DNA of 64,000 bases from Minisyncoccota bacterium (GTDB taxonomy: Bacteria; Patescibacteriota; Minisyncoccia; Phycocordibacterales; UBA9973), in NCBI GenBank assembly GCA_041657885.1, contig JBBABB010000002.1:25483-89482 (forward strand), in the 5' to 3' direction. Positions 57,079 through 64,000 of this stretch are shown piece by piece (position 1 is the stretch's first letter; every line of letters starts with the position of its first letter). Made by a program: the position numbers and the translations under genes. A model generated the notes under the pieces. It saw nothing but the letters and a program-made list of their open reading frames with translations, was not told where the DNA came from and ran no database searches.

Positions 57079-57732
57079 ATGGCCATTAGTGCAAAAAGCT
57101 CTCAAGAGTTTGTATCAATTAAAGAAGTTAGAAACGGTATCATCGTCCTAAAAGACGGGGGACTTCGGTCTGTGCTAGTGGCATCTTCTTTGAACCTTTC
57201 TTTAAAATCCTCCGAGGAGCAGGCTGCAATAATAAATGGATTTCAAGGTTTTATAAATGGGTTAGATTTTTCTACTCAAATAGTTGTGCAATCCCGTCGG
57301 CTAGACATTAGACCATACCTTCTTCTTTTAGAAAACAGAATTAAAGAGCAAGTAGAACCACTTTTAAAGATACAAACGAAAGAATATATTAATTTTATAA
57401 AATCTTTCACAGATGAAGTGAACATTATGACAAAAACTTTCTTTATTGTGGTTCCTTATACTCCTACAATAATAAAATCTAGTGGTAAGATGATGGATAG
57501 TTTACTTGGTGGAGGTGCACCAAAGAAACAGGTTGAAGATACAAAGAGAGCGATTGACATGGCCTCTTTTGAGGAAAAGCGCACCCAGCTTGACCAACGG
57601 GTAAGAGTTATAAGCGAAGGACTTGGAGGAATGGGAATTAGAACATCTGAACTTAAAACAGACCAGGTTATTGAACTTTTTTATAAAACATTCAATCCAG
57701 GAGATATTAGTCAGGGAATTAAATTACAATAA
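57079..57732 (+). CDS. VirB4/TcpF/PrgJ-type ATPase, N-terminal domain (217 aa), encoded as a separate ORF abutting the ATPase ORF.
   Basis: KEVRNGIIVLKDGGLRSVLVASSLNLSLKSSEEQAAII resembles the N-terminus of Gram-positive VirB4-like proteins. Stop TAA at 57730-57732, next ATG at 57735, different frame. Confidence 0.55.
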   Translation: MAISAKSSQEFVSIKEVRNGIIVLKDGGLRSVLVASSLNLSLKSSEEQAAIINGFQGFINGLDFSTQIVVQSRRLDIRPYLLLLENRIKEQVEPLLKIQTKEYINFIKSFTDEVNIMTKTFFIVVPYTPTIIKSSGKMMDSLLGGGAPKKQVEDTKRAIDMASFEEKRTQLDQRVRVISEGLGGMGIRTSELKTDQVIELFYKTFNPGDISQGIKLQ

Positions 57733-57734
57733 GT

Positions 57735-59570
57735 ATGTCAATATTTTCAAATTTATTAGGAAAAAAGAATAACATCTCTAAAAACAAGAGCATGGTTATG
57801 CCTGTTTTACCAAGTGAAATATATAAAGCGGCAGCACTTGAACTTCAGGATATTATCGCTCCATCAGCTCTTCAGATAACTCCAAGGTCACTAAACCTCG
57901 GAGACAAAATAGCAAGAACATTCTTTGTAATATCATATCCACGGTATCTTAGTGATAATTGGTTCTCTCCAATTATAAATTTGGATAAGGTTTTTGATGT
58001 ATCTATTTTTATCCACCCTATTGACACAGCAGAAATATTGAGAACATTTCAGAAGAAAGTAGCCGAGGTTCAGAGTCAAATCTCTGTTCGTGAATCAAGG
58101 GGGCTAGTGCGAGACCCAATGCTTGATACTGCATACCAAGACCTTGAAAATTTACGAGATAATCTTATGCAAGCTCAAGAGAAAATGTTTAATGTTGGTC
58201 TTTATATCACAGTTTATGCTGAGAATGATAACGATTTATTTAAAATTGAAAATGAAATTAAATCTCTTCTTGAATCAAAACTCATCTATCTAAAGCCAGC
58301 ACTATTTCAGCAGGCTGAAGGATTTAAAAGTGTTATTCCTTTAGGAACAGACGTGCTAGGTATTCACCAAAAACTCAACACTGAACCACTTTCAAGTATT
58401 TTCCCATTCGTCTCTTTTGACTTAACTGATGATAAAGGAATATTGTATGGGGTCAATCGCCACAATTCTAGCTTGATTCTTTTTGATAGATTTTCCCTCC
58501 CAAACTACAACTCCATAATTTTTGCAACTGCTGGAGCTGGTAAATCTTATGCCGCTAAATTAGAAATTATTCGTACTTTAATGTTTGACACAGAAGTTAT
58601 CGTCATAGACCCAGAGCGTGAATACGAATATCTAGCTGAAGCAGTAGGAGGTAGATATTTTAACATCGCTCTTTCTTCCGACCACCATATAAATCCTTTT
58701 GAATTACCTATTCCCACAGGAGATGAAACAGGGGCAGATGTTCTCCGCTCAAATACTATAAATCTTGTAGGGTTGTTCCGCATAATGCTTGGAGGATTAA
58801 CACCAGAAGAAGATTCTATTATAGATAGTGCTATCACAGAGACATATGCCTTAAAAGATATTACCGCGGAGTCAGACTTTAGAAATATTGAGGTTCCATT
58901 ATTAACGGACTTTGAGATGGTTCTCTCTGGAATGGAGGGAAGCGATTCGCTTGTCCAGCGCTTGACCAAATATACTCACGGGTCTTGGGCATCATTTTTA
59001 AACCAACCATCAAACGTTGATATCAACCGAAAATTTATAGTTTTCTCTGTCAGAGATATGGAGGATGAACTAAAACCTGTAGCAATGTATATTGTTACTC
59101 ATTATATTTGGAATTCTATTCGTAAAAATATTAGAAAAAGATTACTTGTAGTAGATGAGGCCTGGTGGATGATGAAATCAGAAGATACTGCATCGTTCCT
59201 CTATTCTATTGCTAAAAGAGGACGAAAATACTGGCTAGGACTTGCAACTATTACTCAAGACGTAGGGGATTTTATGAAAAGCGCTTATGGCATACCTATT
59301 ATTACTAACTCTTCTATTCAATTACTTCTAAAACAGTCCCCAGCAACAATAGATGTCTTACAAAAAACATTCAGTCTTACAGAGGAAGAGAAATATTTGC
59401 TGTTAGAGGCAAATGTTGGAGAAGGTATCTTTTTTGTTGGCCTAAAACACGTTGCAGTTAAAACAATCGCTTCTTATACCGAAGACCAAATTATCACATC
59501 TGACCCTTCACAAATTTTGGCTATCAAAAAAGCAAAAGGGGAATTATTGGCGGCGGGGAGTAGTAATTAG
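57735..59570 (+). CDS. VirB4/TraC/ConE-like T4SS ATPase, C-terminal motor portion (611 aa).
   Basis: Walker A FATAGAGKSYAAK, Walker B LLVVDEAWWMM. Walker A sits about residue 265, so about 200 N-terminal residues appear to be supplied by the preceding ORF. Confidence 0.85.
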   Translation: MSIFSNLLGKKNNISKNKSMVMPVLPSEIYKAAALELQDIIAPSALQITPRSLNLGDKIARTFFVISYPRYLSDNWFSPIINLDKVFDVSIFIHPIDTAEILRTFQKKVAEVQSQISVRESRGLVRDPMLDTAYQDLENLRDNLMQAQEKMFNVGLYITVYAENDNDLFKIENEIKSLLESKLIYLKPALFQQAEGFKSVIPLGTDVLGIHQKLNTEPLSSIFPFVSFDLTDDKGILYGVNRHNSSLILFDRFSLPNYNSIIFATAGAGKSYAAKLEIIRTLMFDTEVIVIDPEREYEYLAEAVGGRYFNIALSSDHHINPFELPIPTGDETGADVLRSNTINLVGLFRIMLGGLTPEEDSIIDSAITETYALKDITAESDFRNIEVPLLTDFEMVLSGMEGSDSLVQRLTKYTHGSWASFLNQPSNVDINRKFIVFSVRDMEDELKPVAMYIVTHYIWNSIRKNIRKRLLVVDEAWWMMKSEDTASFLYSIAKRGRKYWLGLATITQDVGDFMKSAYGIPIITNSSIQLLLKQSPATIDVLQKTFSLTEEEKYLLLEANVGEGIFFVGLKHVAVKTIASYTEDQIITSDPSQILAIKKAKGELLAAGSSN

Positions 59571-59571
59571 A

Positions 59572-59666
59572 TACACCCCCTCTGCTTTTAGCATCTCCCC
59601 CTTCGCAGGGGGCGAGGAATTCTTCCTCCCTTGCGAAGGGGAGGTGTCCAAAGGACGGAGGGGTGA
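59572..59666. repeat. Family A GC-rich element, full two-armed palindromic copy of about 95 bp.
   Basis: ACACCCCCTCTGCTTTTAGCATCTCCCCCTTCGCAGGGGGCGAGG-aattc-TTCCTCCCTTGCGAAGGGGAGGTGTCCAAAGGACGGAGGGGTG. Confidence 0.8.
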
Positions 59667-59730
59667 ATCAAATTATAGGTTGTTAGAGAAGCAGGATTAT
59701 TATATAATATATAAAGTGAAATTTACAAAA

Positions 59731-60711
59731 ATGAAAATCTTTCTCGTCGGATTTTTTATTCTGGGGATAATAAATATCCCTTATATTTCTTCAGCTGAAA
59801 TGCAAATTGAAGTGCAGGAAGGAGAAATAAACGTGGAAACAAGTCCAAACAATCCACAACCATACCAAGATGTAACAATCAATCTATCTAGTTATGCAAC
59901 CGATTTAAACAAAGCAACAATAATGTGGCAAGCGGAATCGGGAGTTGTTCTATCTGGGATAGGTAAAACGAGTTATTCTTTTAAAGCTCTAGGCCCAAAT
60001 ACCATCACTGTTTTTAATATCAGTGTTACCCCAGCAGGCTCTATGAACACAATAAATAAGAGGGTGGTTATTGCTCCATCTGAAATTGAAGTTATGTGGG
60101 AATCTGCTGACGGATATACTCCGCCTTTTTATAGAGGGAAGTCTCTTCCAATTAGTGGTGCAGTGATAAGAGCTGTGGCAATTCCAAATACAAACACAAT
60201 AAAATCTGGTAGTGGAAGTATTACCTATACGTGGAAAAATGGTGACAACACAGTACTTGAAGCTTCTGGATATAATAAAAATGCTTATGTATTTAAAAAT
60301 AGTATGTTTGATGAGAAAAATACGATAACGGTAATCGCTTCGTCAGTCAGTGGGGATTATGGGGCAGAAAACACAATAGATATACCACTCTATCAACCTA
60401 AAATAATTTTTTATAAAAAATCACCAACAGATGGTGTTCTTTATAATAAAGCTCTTGATAAAGAAACTGCTATGCCTGAAGATGAAATGACAATCGTGGG
60501 TGAACCATATTTTTTATCTATCAAAGGGAAAGAAGGTTCTTTTAATTACAACTGGAAAATAAATGGGAGTAGTATACAAACACCAACAAAGAAAACAGAA
60601 TTAACAATAAGGCCAAATTCTCGTGGAGGATATGCTACTATAAGTTTAGTAATTGAAAATATAAATGAATTATTCCAAAGTGTTAGTAATCAGCTAAAAA
60701 TCAATCTTTAA
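59731..60711 (+). CDS. Secreted beta-rich protein with Ig-like modules (about 326 aa from ATG 59731).
   Basis: Signal peptide MKIFLVGFFILGIINIPYISSA. The ORF-track start at 59452 is a spurious extension through the GC-rich repeat. Confidence 0.6.
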   Translation: MKIFLVGFFILGIINIPYISSAEMQIEVQEGEINVETSPNNPQPYQDVTINLSSYATDLNKATIMWQAESGVVLSGIGKTSYSFKALGPNTITVFNISVTPAGSMNTINKRVVIAPSEIEVMWESADGYTPPFYRGKSLPISGAVIRAVAIPNTNTIKSGSGSITYTWKNGDNTVLEASGYNKNAYVFKNSMFDEKNTITVIASSVSGDYGAENTIDIPLYQPKIIFYKKSPTDGVLYNKALDKETAMPEDEMTIVGEPYFLSIKGKEGSFNYNWKINGSSIQTPTKKTELTIRPNSRGGYATISLVIENINELFQSVSNQLKINL

Positions 60712-60712
60712 T

Positions 60713-61981
60713 ATGAAAAAAAATGAAAATAAAAATATTTATGGAGTAGTTGGCGGGTTTTTCCTTTCTATTTTTATAATATTTCCTTTTTTTGTAACAT
60801 TAAAAGCGGAAGCTGTAACCACATTTTATGAGTATATTAATGTGGGAGGGGTACAAAGTAGAATTTGTGGAATGAAATATGAAGCGATGTGTAATATTGC
60901 TTTACAACAAATCCCTGGATGTGAAAAATTTTCATGCTCAAAAACTTCGCAACTAGATAATTATATTTGTGTTAGTGCAATTCCTCCTATTTGTCCCAAA
61001 GACGAGGTGCAAACAGTTGACCCTCAAAAAGACACCCCAAAAAGTGATGTTTATACATTTCTCGCTCCTTTAACAGAAGAAAAAACAGCACCAAATAATA
61101 TTGGAGATTATTTTAATTGGATATTTACTTTAGCCATAGGTCTTTGTGGTGCCCTTGCTGTTATTATGATTGTGATAGGAGGAGTAACATATATGGGAAG
61201 TGAATCTATTTTTGGCAAAACAGAGGCAAAGAAACAAATAACAAATGCAATACTGGGTTTATTGATTGCTCTTGGGGCTTTTGCACTACTTAATACTATT
61301 AATCCAGACCTTCTGAAAACCGATATTAATATAAAGCAAGTTAGTGCAGAGATAGTAAACTTTGATGTTTCTGGATCAGCAACGTTTGATGGGAAGCCCA
61401 TTAAAATCAATTTCAATAAAGAGGCTTACCCGGCTGCAAAAATCGCTTCAGAAAAAACAGGTGTTGAGACCGCTTTTATTCTAGCTATGTTTGCCCAAGA
61501 AACTGGCAGTGGAAGTAATACCGGGGGTTGTAATTATTCAAGTGCAAATATGGGGAGCGGTCAATTAGATTCCCTAAAGACAGTTGCAACTAGTTTGGGT
61601 CTTGATTATACAAAAATAAATATGTCTTGTAGTGGAGGAGGTAGTTCTCATGGAGGAGCGATAGGATATACTCAATTTCTCCCAGGCACATGGCTTCTAT
61701 ATCGTGCCGAGGCAAAACAATTGCTAGGGCATGAACCAAATCCATGGAACACTGCTGATGCTCTGATGATGACAGCTTTATTCCTAAAGAGGAATGGGGG
61801 TGCTGGTTCTAATCCTGCTAGTCAAGAAGCGGCGGCGTGTAAATATTTCGGTAGTTGTTCTGTGGTTGTTAGTTGCGGGGGTGGAAAAACAGGGACTTAC
61901 GGACAATGTATAATGGGTAAAAAATTGAGTATACAACAACAGATAGATGAGGCAATTAAAAATGGAGAAATAAATAAATAA
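60713..61981 (+). CDS. Membrane protein with an N-terminal signal, a two-helix hydrophobic hairpin and a C-terminal SLT-type lytic transglycosylase domain (VirB1/CwlT-like).
   Basis: AQETGSG ... GAIGYTQFLPGTW resembles the SLT motif E-S...GxxGxMQxxPxTW. Hydrophobic hairpin NWIFTLAIGLCGALAVIMIVIGG...ILGLLIALGAFALL. Confidence 0.6.
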   Translation: MKKNENKNIYGVVGGFFLSIFIIFPFFVTLKAEAVTTFYEYINVGGVQSRICGMKYEAMCNIALQQIPGCEKFSCSKTSQLDNYICVSAIPPICPKDEVQTVDPQKDTPKSDVYTFLAPLTEEKTAPNNIGDYFNWIFTLAIGLCGALAVIMIVIGGVTYMGSESIFGKTEAKKQITNAILGLLIALGAFALLNTINPDLLKTDINIKQVSAEIVNFDVSGSATFDGKPIKINFNKEAYPAAKIASEKTGVETAFILAMFAQETGSGSNTGGCNYSSANMGSGQLDSLKTVATSLGLDYTKINMSCSGGGSSHGGAIGYTQFLPGTWLLYRAEAKQLLGHEPNPWNTADALMMTALFLKRNGGAGSNPASQEAAACKYFGSCSVVVSCGGGKTGTYGQCIMGKKLSIQQQIDEAIKNGEINK

Positions 61982-61982
61982 C

Positions 61983-63458
61983 ATGTCTAAAAAAACAATT
62001 ATCATTTTTATATCAGTGTTTGCAATCGTCGGAGCGATAATTTTCGGCGTTATTTCATTAATAAATAAAAAAAATAGTAATACCACAGACAATACAACTC
62101 CCTGGTATCAAAGCTTCAATCCATTTGGAACAGGTACACAAGACACCAATAATACTGGTGAACAATCAACAGACACAGAAGGACAGGGAACAACAGAAAC
62201 AAAAACTTCTAGGTTTTATCAAATAACAGATTTTGCTATAGCTGGGGCAACATTTCTAGAAGATACAAGACCAATATTTTACAACGAAACCACTCCAGAG
62301 CCAGAACCAATCAAAACAGTAATCAATGCTGACACAAAAGAGGGGAGAAAAGAAATTCAAATATTTTTAAATAAAGCATTATCTTTAACACCACCACTTG
62401 TAGTTGACGGGAGTTTTGGAAAATTAGCAATTCAAGCCATAAAAGATTTTCAAGAATTAAATGGGCTTACTATTACTGGTAAGATTGACACAGAAACTGC
62501 TCCATTTTTCACAAAGACAACTACTGCAGTTGTAGAGAAAAACCAATACGAGCAAGCTCCATCTGTAAGATATACAGGAAGAATGAACGGCCATATTTAT
62601 AAAATGTTCCTAGATACAAAGATAGAGGAGAAAATTTCAAACTCTACCATACCGGGTATTTATGAAGCATTTTTCAATAATATTGCAAACACTGTTATAT
62701 ATAGATATCTTTCTTCGGATAATTCAATAAGCAGTTTTACGGCAACTCTCGGAGAACCCAAGGGGGAATTTTTACCAAAAGATATTTCGGATTTGATCAC
62801 ATCTCCAGATAAAATAAAATTTTTCTATTTAACAGAAAATAGTAACGGGATATCGGGTGTCGTTAAAAATTTCGGGGATACAAAAATGAGTGTCGTGTTC
62901 AGTTCACCACTCACGGAGTGGCTATCGCAATGGGCAAACAACAAAGATATATATCTAACAACAAAAGCATCGTATGGTGTTGATGGGAGTGTTTTCCTCT
63001 TAAATATGACAAACAAAACAATTTCTAAAATATTTGGCGGAGTAAAGGGCCTCACAACATTGGTCAATCCAAATAGTTCTCTGGTCTTATATAGCGTAGC
63101 GACGGGTACTGGGCCAAGGCTTGGGATTTTTGACATAACAAAACATACAACAAAAGATTTAGGAATATATGGTTTACCTGAAAAATGTATTTGGTCCAGC
63201 GACAATATTACAATTTATTGTGCCTTACCAAACGTTATTACTGGCAATCAATACCCAGATTATTGGTATCAAGGGTTAATATCTTTTGATGATTATTTTA
63301 TAAAAATGGACACCACATCAAGCGGGACGACGACAATAGCAAATTCAACCAACGAAACACCGATAGATGGCACACACCTATTCTTAAGTGATAAAGAGGA
63401 CACACTATTCTTCACAAATAAAAAGGACTCCACACTGTGGAGCTTGAACTTAAGGTAA
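61983..63458 (+). CDS. Membrane-anchored protein with a PG_binding_1-like peptidoglycan-binding domain and a C-terminal beta-rich domain.
   Basis: TM IIIFISVFAIVGAIIFGVISLI. LVVDGSFGKLAIQAIKDFQELNGLTITGKIDTETAPFF. Confidence 0.6.
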   Translation: MSKKTIIIFISVFAIVGAIIFGVISLINKKNSNTTDNTTPWYQSFNPFGTGTQDTNNTGEQSTDTEGQGTTETKTSRFYQITDFAIAGATFLEDTRPIFYNETTPEPEPIKTVINADTKEGRKEIQIFLNKALSLTPPLVVDGSFGKLAIQAIKDFQELNGLTITGKIDTETAPFFTKTTTAVVEKNQYEQAPSVRYTGRMNGHIYKMFLDTKIEEKISNSTIPGIYEAFFNNIANTVIYRYLSSDNSISSFTATLGEPKGEFLPKDISDLITSPDKIKFFYLTENSNGISGVVKNFGDTKMSVVFSSPLTEWLSQWANNKDIYLTTKASYGVDGSVFLLNMTNKTISKIFGGVKGLTTLVNPNSSLVLYSVATGTGPRLGIFDITKHTTKDLGIYGLPEKCIWSSDNITIYCALPNVITGNQYPDYWYQGLISFDDYFIKMDTTSSGTTTIANSTNETPIDGTHLFLSDKEDTLFFTNKKDSTLWSLNLR

Positions 63459-63461
63459 TTG

Positions 63462-63932
63462 CTATATACTACTATCCACGTATTTAATAACAACCCGTCG
63501 AGTTGAGCCATACCCCTCTGATTCTGTTTTAATATCTTTAGCGCCTTCTAAAAACATATGGACAATTTTTCTCTCATAGGCAGGCATTGGATCAATCTCA
63601 ATATTGCTCTTAAAATAGCGAGCACGTTCTGCCATCATGTGAGCAATATTTTTTAAATTTTCAAAACGCTTTTTCTGATAACCATTAACATCAATAAAAA
63701 TAGTTGGACCCTTTTCTTCGGTTTCAACTACATCTTTTTTTACTATTTTTTGAACAAGATGATTTAAAGAGCGTAGTGTTTCTCCATCTCGCCCAATAAT
63801 GAAACCAGAATCAGGAGTTTCTATCATGCACCAAAGCATTCCATTTTCATTAGAAAATTCAAGTTTAGAAATAACACACGACGCGTGTTTAAAAATTTGC
63901 TCTATAGCTTCTTTTATCTTGTCTTCTTGCAT
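63462..63932 (-). CDS. jag: Jag/KhpB-family RNA-binding protein (KH-like plus R3H).
   Basis: C-terminal R3H-like PMPAYERKIVHMFLEGAKDIKTESEGYGSTRRVVIKY. Confidence 0.75.
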   Translation of the reverse strand: MQEDKIKEAIEQIFKHASCVISKLEFSNENGMLWCMIETPDSGFIIGRDGETLRSLNHLVQKIVKKDVVETEEKGPTIFIDVNGYQKKRFENLKNIAHMMAERARYFKSNIEIDPMPAYERKIVHMFLEGAKDIKTESEGYGSTRRVVIKYVDSSI

Positions 63933-64000
63933 TGTGTTTATTTTTAATTAAGCGACAGTTTTCGACGAATATACCACTCTTGAACAATAGTGAATATATT

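Noticed and set aside
57079-57732. A separate, unrelated hypothetical protein upstream of virB4
   Set aside because: The alternative reading is a split VirB4 N-domain, which I keep as a finding. I rejected the 'unrelated' reading because the downstream ORF lacks the VirB4 N-terminal about 200 residues and this ORF resembles that region.
59452-59730. N-terminal extension of the 59452-60711 ORF
   Set aside because: The extension translates the family A GC-rich palindrome (..YTPSAFSISPFAGGEEFFLPCEGEVSKGRRG..). A proper signal peptide starts at ATG 59731.

Overview
This window is visibly AT-rich and gene-dense, and looks like a CPR/Patescibacteria-like bacterium. The lineage call is an inference from tiny compact housekeeping genes, giant Ser/Thr/Gly-rich secreted proteins and a Gram-positive-type T4SS-like cluster.

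Housekeeping genes found:
- Translation and RNA turnover: tuf (3' partial), rpsO, pnp, rny, rsmA, cca, a NYN-domain gene.
- Transcription and chaperones: nusA, tig-clpP, a dksA/traR-like gene.
- DNA metabolism: hup, a uvrD/pcrA-type helicase, a xerC-like recombinase, xth, a yifB/comM-family ATPase.
- Other: K+-independent H+-pyrophosphatase hppA, zupT, yraN, jag.
- RNA genes: four tRNAs, Pro-UGG, Gly-UCC, Gly-GCC and Arg-UCG.

Accessory content:
1. Two paralogous giant secreted proteins with CARDB-like modules, plus a lipoprotein, sit in a hypervariable patch. That patch is packed with a MITE-like inverted-repeat family whose core is CCCCACACCTA, and also holds an AbiEi/AbiEii type IV TA pair and a GIY-YIG gene.
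2. A T4SS-like locus spans about 52.8-63.5 kb. It has a VirB6-like polytopic protein, a VirB3-like small membrane protein, a VirB4-like ATPase encoded as two abutting ORFs, an SLT lytic transglycosylase and a PG-binding protein. Two giant secreted proteins precede it.
3. Most unusual: at least five families of short GC-rich palindromic elements stand out against the AT-rich background. They occur in intergenic sites and also as in-frame insertions inside conserved genes (cca, rsmA, tig, the uvrD/pcrA C-terminus, and twice in the xerC-like gene). This is analogous to Rickettsia palindromic elements.

Other notes include a novel 33-aa tandem-repeat protein, a Cys-rich CPxGWTGTYPxCTDPNSN tandem repeat, a candidate small RNA or leader between hppA and tig, a Fic/Doc-family protein with Q in place of the catalytic His, a PaaX-like regulator flanked by a 36-bp palindromic direct repeat, and a TrmB gene remnant.
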